A stretch of DNA of 64,000 nt from Candidatus Pacearchaeota archaeon (GCA_026395815.1 JAPLXZ010000010.1:70659-134658); one strand, 5' to 3'; positions 47,442 to 56,657 are shown, counted from the stretch's first letter. Numbers and translations: made by a program. Notes: generated by a model not told the origin, from the letters alone.

Positions 47442-47723
47442 ATGGAGAACTCAAAATTCTGGAAAGATTACTCTTGGATAATCATGGGAAGTCAGAGAAA
47501 AGAAGTAATAAGATTATTGTCTGATAATCCCATAACTGCCGAAGAACTAAGAAAGAAGATAAACGAGAAAACCAATTTGAAGTTAAGTCTCAGGGAGATG
47601 TCAAGACATTTAACTTCCTTCGCAGAAAAAGGTTTTGTTAAATGTTTAAATTCAAATGCCCCTTACAATAGACTTTATCTAATCACGAACACAGGCAAAA
47701 AGATAAGAGGAAAATTAGTATAG
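47442..47723 (+). CDS. wHTH transcriptional regulator (ArsR-like)
   Basis: 93 aa; ITAEELRKKI...LSLREMSRHLTSFAEKGFV. Confidence 0.55.
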   Translation: MENSKFWKDYSWIIMGSQRKEVIRLLSDNPITAEELRKKINEKTNLKLSLREMSRHLTSFAEKGFVKCLNSNAPYNRLYLITNTGKKIRGKLV

Positions 47724-47783
47724 AAAATAATTTCTCTGAATACTTACAATAATCCTTTTATACTATGAAGATAATTCTAAATA

Positions 47784-48608
47784 ATGAATGAAGGGAAGAT
47801 TGTTAATTTAGAAGAAAAAGACAAAAAGGATTTAATTAAGGAGTTCAATAAGAGAGGTTATCTTTTAGAAGACAAAATGATAAGTATTCTTTCCCGTAGG
47901 TTATCTACTTTTAATAATCTTTATAAAAATCCGATAGGTATTGAATATGGAAGAAGAAACAATGGTGAAAGAATTGAAATTGATGCTATTGTTGAAATTG
48001 GAGATAAAACTTTTGTGTTAGATGCAAAAAGAACAGAATATGATTGGATTTTTTCATCCTCTATTGAAAGACCAAATAATGCAATTAATGTAGTCTATAT
48101 TCATCCTAAGGAAGGCTATGTTTCACAGCCAATGATTATAGACTCAAGTTTAGGTTTCCTTAACGTGGTTTATCATGATTTTGCGATTAAGTTTGGTGAA
48201 AATAAATTGATAAGAGGGAGAGGAGAGAAAATTTCTTTGCCAGAAGTTAACAGACCAATACATGATGCAATCAGACAGATTCTAAAGGAATCTAAAGCAG
48301 TTTTATTGGAGGGAAGTAAGTATATGTCGGCAGGAAAATTTCTTATTCCAATTATAGTAACTAATGCGAGATTACTCTATCTCGACTTTAAGGATAGTCA
48401 AATTGATGAACAAGGAAACCTCACAGACTGGAACTCATTAAAGGAAGTTAAGGCAGTCGGATATAATTTTCATGAATCTTTTAGTTTTAACACAGAACAA
48501 GGTTTTCATTCCAGCAGACCAGAAAATATTGTAAAGACTGCCTTTATAGTTAATATAAACCACCTAAAAGAAACTATTGAATATCTATCTGGATTACATA
48601 TAATATGA
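47784..48608 (+). CDS. PD-(D/E)xK-fold nuclease candidate (possible restriction endonuclease)
   Basis: IEIDAIVEIGDKTFVLDAKR fits D...(D/E)xK spacing; lies directly upstream of vsr-dcm. Confidence 0.5.
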   Translation: MNEGKIVNLEEKDKKDLIKEFNKRGYLLEDKMISILSRRLSTFNNLYKNPIGIEYGRRNNGERIEIDAIVEIGDKTFVLDAKRTEYDWIFSSSIERPNNAINVVYIHPKEGYVSQPMIIDSSLGFLNVVYHDFAIKFGENKLIRGRGEKISLPEVNRPIHDAIRQILKESKAVLLEGSKYMSAGKFLIPIIVTNARLLYLDFKDSQIDEQGNLTDWNSLKEVKAVGYNFHESFSFNTEQGFHSSRPENIVKTAFIVNINHLKETIEYLSGLHII

Positions 48609-48640
48609 AGAAATAAAAATAATGATTCTTTAATCTCTCT

Positions 48641-49012
48641 ATGGTAGATAGATGCACAAAGGAGCAACGAAGTTATAACATGTCCTGTATTAAATGCAGG
48701 GATACAAAGCCAGAGTTAAGATTAAGGCAATTTTTTGAAAAGAAGGGATTTCTATATCAGTCAGATAAGTATGGAAAACCCGATTTTATCAATAAGAAGA
48801 AAAAGATTGTGATATTTATTGACGGCTGTTTCTGGCATAAATGTCCTGAACATTTCAGATGCCCCGAATCAAATAAAGAATACTGGCTTCCAAAATTAAG
48901 AAAAAATGTTTTGAGAGATAAAGAAGTGACATTAAATTATAAAAATTCTGGATGGAAGGTTATCAGAATCTGGGAGCATGAATTAAGAAATCCTATTCCG
49001 GAAAATTTTTAA
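48641..49012 (+). CDS. vsr: Very-short-patch repair endonuclease
   Basis: RSYNMS...DTKPE...GKPDF...IFIDGCFWHKCPEH. Confidence 0.9.
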   Translation: MVDRCTKEQRSYNMSCIKCRDTKPELRLRQFFEKKGFLYQSDKYGKPDFINKKKKIVIFIDGCFWHKCPEHFRCPESNKEYWLPKLRKNVLRDKEVTLNYKNSGWKVIRIWEHELRNPIPENF

Positions 49013-49034
49013 ATCATTATGCTTTGTTAATAAG

Positions 49035-50084
49035 ATGAAAAGGGGTGTTGTTGCTGTTGACTTATTTTGCGGTGCAGGTGGATTAACAAGAGGTTTACTT
49101 GATTCTGGGATAAACGTTATAAAAGGTTATGATTTTGATGAAAAGGCTTCTGAAACTTATGAAAGAAATAATAAATATTCAAAATTTTTTTCTGCTGATG
49201 TTTCTGAGATTAATGGAAAAGAATTATTACGGGGGCTTGACAGGAAAAAGAATTTCTTCCTTCTTGCGGGTTGCGCTCCCTGTCAGCCATTTTCTTTGAT
49301 AAATCAGTCTGAGAAAGAAGGAGATGGCAGAAAGAATCTTTTATTATCTTTTGGGAGATTGATAAAAGAGACAAATCCTGATTTTATCTTTATGGAAAAT
49401 GTTCCCGGGCTTTTGAATGGAAGAGGAAGGAAAATTTTTGGAAAATTTTTGGAAACATTAAAAGAAAAGAAATATCTTTATGATTATAAAATTCTGAATG
49501 TAATGAACTATGGAGTCCCGCAAAGAAGGAGAAGACTTGTTCTTATTGCGTCCAAATATTCTCAGGTAAAAATTCCTGATTCCACACATGATGATTCAGA
49601 AGACAAAAACCCAATTATAAAACTTAGAGAAATTTTAAAAAAATATCCCAATCTGAAAGCTGGAGAAAAGGATTCTTCTTTCCCAAATCATGAATCTAGG
49701 GGGATGAGTGACCTAAACATAAAAAGATTAGAAATAATAAAACATAATGGTGGTTCAAGAGCTGAACTGCCTAAAAACCTTGTTTTGAAATGTCATTTAA
49801 ATCACAAGGGACATGGGGATGTTTATGGAAGAATGTCTTTTGATGATGTGTCGCCCACATTGACCTGCAAATGCACAAGCATCTCAAACGGTAGATTTGG
49901 ACACCCCACTCAAAACAGGGCTATTTCTGTCAGAGAGGCGGCGGCAATTCAGACTTTCCCCGATAATTATGTATTTTATGGAAATATGAGTGAAAATACG
50001 AAATGGGTGGGGAATGCTGTTCCAGTGAGATTTGCACAGGTCTTTGGCGATTATTTTATAAAGTTGAAGAATCAGCTTAATTAA
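49035..50084 (+). CDS. dcm: DNA (cytosine-5) methyltransferase
   Basis: Motifs FCGAGG, GCAPCQPFS, ENVPGL, QRRRR, GNAVPV. Confidence 0.9.
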   Translation: MKRGVVAVDLFCGAGGLTRGLLDSGINVIKGYDFDEKASETYERNNKYSKFFSADVSEINGKELLRGLDRKKNFFLLAGCAPCQPFSLINQSEKEGDGRKNLLLSFGRLIKETNPDFIFMENVPGLLNGRGRKIFGKFLETLKEKKYLYDYKILNVMNYGVPQRRRRLVLIASKYSQVKIPDSTHDDSEDKNPIIKLREILKKYPNLKAGEKDSSFPNHESRGMSDLNIKRLEIIKHNGGSRAELPKNLVLKCHLNHKGHGDVYGRMSFDDVSPTLTCKCTSISNGRFGHPTQNRAISVREAAAIQTFPDNYVFYGNMSENTKWVGNAVPVRFAQVFGDYFIKLKNQLN

Positions 50085-51679
50085 TGGCAGAAAACTCTCA
50101 AGAGTTTGTAATGAGCTTTGACCCTAAAACCATTGAACATTTGGGTATCAGGATGTATTCAGCTTTACCCCCAGTTATCACGGAATTAATAGCAAACTCT
50201 TATGATGCGGATGCTGAAACTGTATGTATAACCCTTTTAGATTCTAACGGGAAAAAAGAGATAATTGTTGAAGATGACGGGATTGGGATGACCTTTACTG
50301 AATTAAATGATAAATTTCTTAGAATCGGAAGAAATAGAAGAGATGAGGAAGGAATACAAAAGACTTCAAAAGAAAGAAAGATAATTGGTAAAAAGGGGAT
50401 AGGGAAGCTATCTTTTTTTGGTGTTGCACGTGAGGTGGAGATTAACACAAAAAAGAATGGTAAACAAAATTCATTCATTATGAATTGGGAAGATATAAAA
50501 AATTCTACTGAATCAGAATATAATCCTAAAACTATTTTTAAAGATAAAAAATATTCTGGGAATGAACAGGGAACAAAGATTATCTTAAAAGAATTAAAGA
50601 GAGAAAGTGTTTTTGATGCGGAAAGCCTTGCTGATAGCATCTCAAGAAATTTTATAGTGGATTCAAATTTTAAAATCATTATCAAGCACAATTCAGAAAA
50701 GCCGATAATCGTGGATAATGAAAGAAAATATAATGGATTAAAGAAACAGGTTGAGTGGGATATACCCGCAGATATTGATGTTTCTGATTTAGATTATGGA
50801 AATAAAGATAAAATAACTGGGCATCTGATTGCAACAGAACTTCCAGTTTCTCCAAAAACAAATATGAAAGGCATCACTCTTTTTTCAAGAAAGAAGCTTG
50901 TTAATGCTCCTGAGTATTTTTCGGATAGTACTTCAAGCCACATATTCTCTTATTTGACTGGATGGTTGGAAGTAGATTTTATTGATGATTTAGAGGAAGA
51001 TGTTATCTCTACAAATAGGCAATCTTTAAACTGGGATTATCCAGAAATGGCAAAACTCAGGGAATATCTTTCAAAATTAATAAGTAAAATTGAAAGAGAT
51101 TGGCGTATAAAACGTGAAAAAGTTAGAGGGGATAAACTATCCGAATCCACTGGAATAAATATCTCAGACTGGGTCAGTAAACTTCCTCAGGATGTAAAAG
51201 ATAATATTGAGCCTTTGATTAAAGATGTGTTAAAGAATTTTGAACCCACAGAAGAAACCCAAGAGGTTGATAACAAAATAATCAGGGCAATGCATTCTAT
51301 TGCTCCAGAATATACTTACTGGCATTACCGACATTTGCATCCGGAAGTGCAATCTGTTTCTAAAGATTACTATATTTCTAAGGATTATTATACTGCTCTT
51401 TTTGAATCAGCGAAAAAATATGTAAATGCAGTTAAGTCAAAATCTTTGTCTCCCCATATTGAGAGAGAATTATTAGAGAATGTTTTTTCCATTCGAGACC
51501 CAAAATTATCCGTAACGGATAAATTCAAAAAACCTGATGGCACAGATTTTACTCGGGATACATTATCGGGAATTACTGAAGGACATAGAATGTTAGCGAT
51601 TGCCTTGTGGACTGCTTTTAGATGCCCTATAGCTCACGATGAAGTATGTGATTTAAGGGATTCAGGACTATTTACCTAA
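50084..51679 (+). CDS. GHKL (MORC/MutL-like, HATPase_c_3-type) ATPase with a C-terminal TIGR02391-like domain, truncated by an in-frame TAA
   Basis: ELIANSYDADA (N box), EDDGIGM (G1), GKKGIGKLSFFG (G2), C-terminal FRCPIAHDE. The reading frame continues in frame to 51790. Confidence 0.75.
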   Translation: MAENSQEFVMSFDPKTIEHLGIRMYSALPPVITELIANSYDADAETVCITLLDSNGKKEIIVEDDGIGMTFTELNDKFLRIGRNRRDEEGIQKTSKERKIIGKKGIGKLSFFGVAREVEINTKKNGKQNSFIMNWEDIKNSTESEYNPKTIFKDKKYSGNEQGTKIILKELKRESVFDAESLADSISRNFIVDSNFKIIIKHNSEKPIIVDNERKYNGLKKQVEWDIPADIDVSDLDYGNKDKITGHLIATELPVSPKTNMKGITLFSRKKLVNAPEYFSDSTSSHIFSYLTGWLEVDFIDDLEEDVISTNRQSLNWDYPEMAKLREYLSKLISKIERDWRIKREKVRGDKLSESTGINISDWVSKLPQDVKDNIEPLIKDVLKNFEPTEETQEVDNKIIRAMHSIAPEYTYWHYRHLHPEVQSVSKDYYISKDYYTALFESAKKYVNAVKSKSLSPHIERELLENVFSIRDPKLSVTDKFKKPDGTDFTRDTLSGITEGHRMLAIALWTAFRCPIAHDEVCDLRDSGLFT

Positions 51680-51868
51680 AAAGATTGTCTAGATGCCCTA
51701 AGCATCCTTTCGCATCTTTTTAAAAGATTAGATGATTCTACATTAAAAGAAAAAACTGCAAATGATAATACTGAAACCACATCAACTTAGCAACTTTTAA
51801 AAACTCCTTCTCTTTAATATATAGATATATTCAATTAAATCACTGCGTTTCTTTATCCGACTTCCGCA

Positions 51869-51881
51869 TGGCGGGGGCGTT
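51869..51881 (+). repeat. attR core (direct repeat TGGCGGGGGCGTT)
   Basis: Exact 13-mer copy of the tRNA-Ser 3' end. Confidence 0.6.
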
Positions 51882-51898
51882 TATTCAATTTCTTAACT

Positions 51899-53827
51899 TT
51901 ACTCAAACGCCTTCAAAACTCTCTCATCAGGAGACAAAAGATAAACATGGTCTTCCTTGAATCTAAGTCCACGGTATATTCTTTGAAGCAATTCCCTCCT
52001 TGCTTTGTCCTTGTAAAAATCCCAGTAATACATTGGATTAGTTTTATTTAATATTTTCCAGAAAGGAGACTTTACGTCGGGATTAGGATACTTTGTGAAG
52101 ATTATGCTGTTACATTGGTCTCCAGGAAAGTCAATTCCCCTTGTGCATTTTGTAGTGAACAGCACTTCAATTTCCCTGTTCTTGAATTCTCTAACATCTT
52201 TTCCTGTCTTGTCACTCTGAATCTCTTTTAACGTTTCTCTGCTGATTGTATTTTTTAGATTGAATTTTTTCAATTCAATTTCATCAGGCAAGTCAAAAAA
52301 AGAATTTATATGAACTAATGTAGGTTTTTTAGCAATTTCAATGCATTTATCTAATGCTCTTAAATATCCTTCTCTTGTAATCTTCCCGCTTGCAAAATTT
52401 TCATATTTGCAGTCTTTTTCCAAACCAGTTTTTTTTATTTCAATGCTTCCTTGTTGTTCTGTTTCCGCTTCCAAGATTTTAAAATTTTCAATCCCAAATA
52501 TATTTCTAAGAATATTTTCAGAATGTATTGTTCCAGACATCATTATTATAACTTTGTTTTTATCCATCATCTCTTTCAGTCTTTTTGCAAGATTTGTAGT
52601 AACAACTTCAATAATTGTATTGTTCTCTTTTTTGCTGAAAGTAAGGTATGTCTCATCAAAAAATTCATCAAACATCCTTGCTGTTTCAGCAACATCAAAA
52701 AGATAACTTTCATCGTCAATATCATAAAGAAATTCCGGATTATCAAGGATTAATTTGAATAAATCATAAACTCCTGTTTCTTTCAGAGGAATTATTTCTT
52801 TTGAAAATACTGCATGCTGTATCCTCGCATCATTTTTAATCTCTTCAATAGTCTTGTTCATATTTCTTATAATAAATTCTGCATCTTCATAATCAGAAAA
52901 AATTTGGTTTAGGGAATTCTGCAGTCTTTCAAGATTTATTGTCCTTTGATTTGAAAAACTATCCAAAAATTCATCACATTCATCAATAATTTCTGCTTCT
53001 GTTTCAGGTTTCCTATTCATGCTTGATTCTAATTTATATTTTAATGAGTTAAAAACAAGAACATCAGAATCTATGAAAGAATTAAATTGCTCATAAAATT
53101 TGCATCCGGCTTTTCTCTGATAAAATACAAACTTAATTCCGTTCAGTCCGACATAACTTCTTTTTTTAGCATTTTCAAAATTCTTTCCACTCAATTCAAA
53201 TTTTTCAGGAAATACTGGACTCCAATAAGGGCATATAGGAGCAATAGAAGCTCTTTTTACATCCTTTATTGTCCTAAAATTTCGAGGGTTAAAACTTTTA
53301 TTTTGTTTAAGATACTCTTGTATCTTTTTGGAGTTTTTTTCTTTTATCTCTATTTTGCACGGGAGAGAAGGATTGTCTGCAGAAACATCTTTTCCAAAAT
53401 CCCCGTTTAATTTTTCTCTTTTTTTCTCAAATATGTCATTCAGCTTAAGATTAATTTCTTTTTTGAATATAGGAATTGCTTCTTTATTATCTTCAAGAAA
53501 TTTGCATTTATGATTATTTCTTCCTGTTATAACGCTTATCTTTAATCTTTCTCCATCTTTGCCGATTACATATTTTTTATTTTCATAGTCTTCTTTATAC
53601 TGGTTCTGAAGAGCTTTTCCAGGAACAACAATGCAAGTTTTCCCTATCTCTTTGGCTATATTCAACGCTATTGCAGATTTTCCTGTTCCACAGACTCCTC
53701 TTATGAAAATTATTTTATACCCTTCTTTTATAGAATTTAGTACTTCTTTTACAACATCTTCTTGTGTTTTTCCATTGGAAAATTTTAAAGGACTAAGAAA
53801 ATTTTTCTCTTGGTATAAACTCCACAT
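51899..53827 (-). CDS. XPD/DinG (Rad3)-family helicase
   Basis: GVCGTGKS Walker A, IIDECDEF box, TRGIDFPGDQCNSIIFTKYPNP C-terminal motif, Cys cluster in the N-terminal half. Confidence 0.7.
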   Translation of the reverse strand: MWSLYQEKNFLSPLKFSNGKTQEDVVKEVLNSIKEGYKIIFIRGVCGTGKSAIALNIAKEIGKTCIVVPGKALQNQYKEDYENKKYVIGKDGERLKISVITGRNNHKCKFLEDNKEAIPIFKKEINLKLNDIFEKKREKLNGDFGKDVSADNPSLPCKIEIKEKNSKKIQEYLKQNKSFNPRNFRTIKDVKRASIAPICPYWSPVFPEKFELSGKNFENAKKRSYVGLNGIKFVFYQRKAGCKFYEQFNSFIDSDVLVFNSLKYKLESSMNRKPETEAEIIDECDEFLDSFSNQRTINLERLQNSLNQIFSDYEDAEFIIRNMNKTIEEIKNDARIQHAVFSKEIIPLKETGVYDLFKLILDNPEFLYDIDDESYLFDVAETARMFDEFFDETYLTFSKKENNTIIEVVTTNLAKRLKEMMDKNKVIIMMSGTIHSENILRNIFGIENFKILEAETEQQGSIEIKKTGLEKDCKYENFASGKITREGYLRALDKCIEIAKKPTLVHINSFFDLPDEIELKKFNLKNTISRETLKEIQSDKTGKDVREFKNREIEVLFTTKCTRGIDFPGDQCNSIIFTKYPNPDVKSPFWKILNKTNPMYYWDFYKDKARRELLQRIYRGLRFKEDHVYLLSPDERVLKAFE

Positions 53828-53918
53828 CTTTTTTTGTCTCCAGAATAATAACTTGTTAAAAATTAGTTATAAATCTTATTGCAATAGAACTACATGATAA
53901 TTCTAGTTGTAGAAAAAT

Positions 53919-54152
53919 TTAATCAACCCACTTAACGCCTTTGTATTCGTACTTTGTAGCAATTAAAATTACATCAACAAGCCACCAAATTCCTAATCCG
54001 CCAAATGTAACCAACTTTAATATTCCTGTTCCTATTTTTCCCATCAGATATCTGTCAACTCCAAGGCTTCCAAATACAACTGACATTATCAAACACAAGA
54101 CCCAGTTGACTTTTCTTACCTTTATTGCTCTCTTTTTTCCTCTTTTTGTCAT
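53919..54152 (-). CDS. TM2-domain protein
   Basis: GSLGVDRYLMGKIGTGILKLVTFGGLGIWWLVD. Confidence 0.7.
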   Translation of the reverse strand: MTKRGKKRAIKVRKVNWVLCLIMSVVFGSLGVDRYLMGKIGTGILKLVTFGGLGIWWLVDVILIATKYEYKGVKWVD

Positions 54153-54248
54153 GATAGTATATATCTTTTTGGCTTTTAAACATTTCCTGTTCCGACTAGA
54201 AAAAGTTTGGGACTCGTGCTTATTTTATTTGATGTTAAAAATAAAAGT

Positions 54249-54533
54249 TTATCCAAATAAAGCACTGAGTCCTTCTGCTGCAGCTTCTTTCTTCTCTTCA
54301 GCTACATGTGCTGGCTTCTTCTCTTCTTTCTTTTCAGCTGCAGGCGCTGCTGCAACTAAACTCGCACTTTCCAATTCTTTAGCTATGTCTATTCCTTTCA
54401 AGCTGGCAACAAGAGACTTAATCTGTGACTCGTCTGTTTTTCCTCCAGCAGCTGCAACAACACTTTTCAAATTACTTTCATTAATTTCTTTTCCAAGTTT
54501 ATGCAACAAAAGTGCTGCGTATACGTTTTCCAT
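54249..54533 (-). CDS. rpl12: Ribosomal stalk protein P1 (aL12)
   Basis: [11 protein letters not shown]...[16 protein letters not shown]. Confidence 0.9.
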   Translation of the reverse strand: MENVYAALLLHKLGKEINESNLKSVVAAAGGKTDESQIKSLVASLKGIDIAKELESASLVAAAPAAEKKEEKKPAHVAEEKKEAAAEGLSALFG

Positions 54534-54535
54534 TT

Positions 54536-55411
54536 TTAATTTACCTCTCCAGAATTTACTTCAGGAGTATTAGGAGTGCTTTGAGCATTCATTAATTTCT
54601 CAATTGCCATTTCATGTCTGCCTGCTTTTTGAATCATAAATTTAATCGTATCTCCACAAATATAACCAATTTCTACTGCAAATGGCAATGCTTTTCCAAA
54701 AGCAGTCTTTAATTCTTTTAATGTTTCTTCTCTGTCAATCTTAATGTCCGAATATAATTTTTTCTCATTTGAATCATAACCAACTAAAGGTATAAATCCT
54801 ACTGAAAAAGGTCTTATATCTAATTTGTTCATAATATCTGCAACTGCAGAAGAAATTTTTTCTCCTTTTTTTGCTACAACTTTTGATTCTTTGATACTAA
54901 TCTTTCCCTTATCTATCTGTATCTGAATTCCAACTGCTCCCAATTCACTGATTGCTGGACCTGGAACTAAATCTGTAGGACCTGCAGGAATTTCAATATC
55001 ATCAGGAGCTTCTTGTCCTGCTTTTGCTTTTGCAGGACTCTTGTTTTTTATTAGCTCAGCGGAAAGCTCAAAGCAATCCATATCTGAAAATAAAATAGCG
55101 ACGCTGTCCTGGATTTTTTCCTTAAGTTTTTTTACAATTTCTTCTCCAGAATTGTCCAATGCCCTAAAGATTAAGTTTTTCTTAGGAACCTTTACTATAG
55201 CTTTTCCTCTTAATTTTTTTGCTATCTCCTGAAACTGTGAAGCAGGAATATTCTTTATTGACGTAACTAAAATAGTCCTTTTTTTCTTGATTAAATCAAA
55301 AAGTTCCTTTACTGTTTCTTTCTTTACGTTGGACACGTGTGTACGATGTAGTCCTGATTTCTTTTCAGAGACTTTTTCAGATACATGTGTTTTTTTGGTT
55401 TCTTTTGTCAT
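54536..55411 (-). CDS. rpl10: Ribosomal protein uL10 (P0)
   Basis: Sequence; lies between rpl1 and P1. Confidence 0.85.
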   Translation of the reverse strand: MTKETKKTHVSEKVSEKKSGLHRTHVSNVKKETVKELFDLIKKKRTILVTSIKNIPASQFQEIAKKLRGKAIVKVPKKNLIFRALDNSGEEIVKKLKEKIQDSVAILFSDMDCFELSAELIKNKSPAKAKAGQEAPDDIEIPAGPTDLVPGPAISELGAVGIQIQIDKGKISIKESKVVAKKGEKISSAVADIMNKLDIRPFSVGFIPLVGYDSNEKKLYSDIKIDREETLKELKTAFGKALPFAVEIGYICGDTIKFMIQKAGRHEMAIEKLMNAQSTPNTPEVNSGEVN

Positions 55412-55412
55412 T

Positions 55413-56042
55413 TTATCTTATTCTTATCTTTTGAGGTTTAGTCATTGTGAATTTTATTTCAATATTTTTTATGTTTTCTTTTCCTTTTGTGAATGCCTTC
55501 AATAAAGCATTATAAACAGTCATTATATTCTCAATAAGCTCCTCATTTTTCATGCTGCTTCTTCCAATAGAAATTTTTATGCTTGGCTCTTTTGTTCTTA
55601 TCTTAATACTATCATTGATTTTGGTTTTCAATTCTTTTATCGCTTTATCATCAACATTCATCAAGATTCCTAATTGAGGAGAAGGCATCTTGCCCGTAGG
55701 TCCTAAAACTCTTCCAAATGTGCTTGCAACTAAAGGCATTAAACTTGCTTGTGCTATGAAGAAATCATAATTTCTTGCCAATTTTTTTAATTCTTTTTTG
55801 TCTGAATATTTTTTGAACTCTGTTTTTGTGATTGTTTCAACATTTTCATTTTTTATTTCCAAAAAAGCGCATATCTTTTTTTCTTTAATTTTATGAGGAA
55901 CAGAAACAAATAAGTTTACCTGATTTTTTTTGATGTCAAATTTTTGCAGATTTATAATTAAGTCTAATGACTGATCAAACTTCCTTTCTTTTTCCTTCCT
56001 AAGTTCATTTAAGGCTGTTCCTAATTGTTCTTTTAGTTCCAT
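55413..56042 (-). CDS. rpl1: Ribosomal protein uL1
   Basis: Sequence; first gene of rpl1-rpl10-P1. Confidence 0.85.
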   Translation of the reverse strand: MELKEQLGTALNELRKEKERKFDQSLDLIINLQKFDIKKNQVNLFVSVPHKIKEKKICAFLEIKNENVETITKTEFKKYSDKKELKKLARNYDFFIAQASLMPLVASTFGRVLGPTGKMPSPQLGILMNVDDKAIKELKTKINDSIKIRTKEPSIKISIGRSSMKNEELIENIMTVYNALLKAFTKGKENIKNIEIKFTMTKPQKIRIR

Positions 56043-56062
56043 GTTAACTTATTTCCTACCTC

Positions 56063-56108
56063 CCACTTTATACGCTAACACTATAGAATCTATGTGCTAA
56101 CGAAGTGG
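56063..56108 (-). promoter_or_regulatory. Long imperfect hairpin in the rpl1 5' leader (candidate autoregulatory site)
   Basis: Sense strand: CCACTT-CGTTAGCAC-ATAG-att-CTAT-a-GTGTTAGCG-tata-AAGTGG, then GGAGG and ATG. Two pairs are G-U only on the minus-sense RNA. Confidence 0.45.
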
Positions 56109-56202
56109 TTCTATCGGTAAAATCTTGAGATATTTACGATTTATAAACTTAACTAAAGCAATCACAATAATTCTTATAAATAAACCCCCTTTATCTTTTC
56201 TT

Positions 56203-56553
56203 ATGGAATTAATTGCATTATTATCTTCTGGAAAAGGAACATGGGCGCAGGTTTCTGGCTTGATAAAATATGGAGAATGGGATAAAATAATTTTATTGGG
56301 AGATGATTTTGCAAAACAATTTATAACTGAAAAGCCATTTGAATTTATAAGAATTGATTTGAATAAAAAATTAAAAGATTTGAAAGAAGAATTTCAGCAG
56401 AGATTAAAAGGAAAAATAAACGGAACAGAGGTTGCATTATCTATTGCCTCTGGAGATGGAAAAGAGCATATGGCTCTTATTTCTGCTTTAATTAATCTTC
56501 CTGTGGGAATAAGATTCGCTGCCCTAACAAAAGACGGAGTTATTGATTTGTAA
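56203..56553 (+). CDS. Hypothetical 116-aa protein
   Basis: ATG at MELIALLSSGKG, preceded by TTTATAAA-type boxes. The track start at 56125 is a TTG. Confidence 0.4.
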   Translation: MELIALLSSGKGTWAQVSGLIKYGEWDKIILLGDDFAKQFITEKPFEFIRIDLNKKLKDLKEEFQQRLKGKINGTEVALSIASGDGKEHMALISALINLPVGIRFAALTKDGVIDL

Positions 56554-56554
56554 A

Positions 56555-56657
56555 ATGAGCAAACAAGAAATTTGCCACAAATAAAAAACGGGAGGTTTTG
56601 CATAATGAGCAAACAAGAAATTTGCCACAAATACAAAATAGGAGATTTTGTAAAATG
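56555..56657 (+). repeat. Two tandem leader-element copies
   Basis: The 50-nt unit ATGAGCAAACAAGAAATTTGCCACAAATA... starts at 56555 and again at 56605. Mini-ORFs are MSKQEICHK and MSKQEICHKYKIGDFVK. Confidence 0.7.

Larger units (their letters stand above)
39623..51881. mobile_element. Integrated element (~12.3 kb) in the 3' end of tRNA-Ser
   Basis: 13-bp direct repeat TGGCGGGGGCGTT at both ends, an integrase next to attL, and R-M and other accessory cargo. Confidence 0.7.

Noticed and set aside
51899-53827. XPD/DinG-like helicase, considered as possible cargo of the integrated element or a partner of the GHKL module
   Set aside because: It lies outside the 13-bp attR repeat and on the opposite strand. 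It is more simply a chromosomal repair helicase. This would need neighbourhood conservation data to revisit.
56555-56657. Tandem ~50-nt repeats, considered as a possible minimal CRISPR array
   Set aside because: The two units are directly adjacent with no spacers. There are no cas genes. The same unit occurs singly before many genes. No CRISPR array is evident anywhere in the window.
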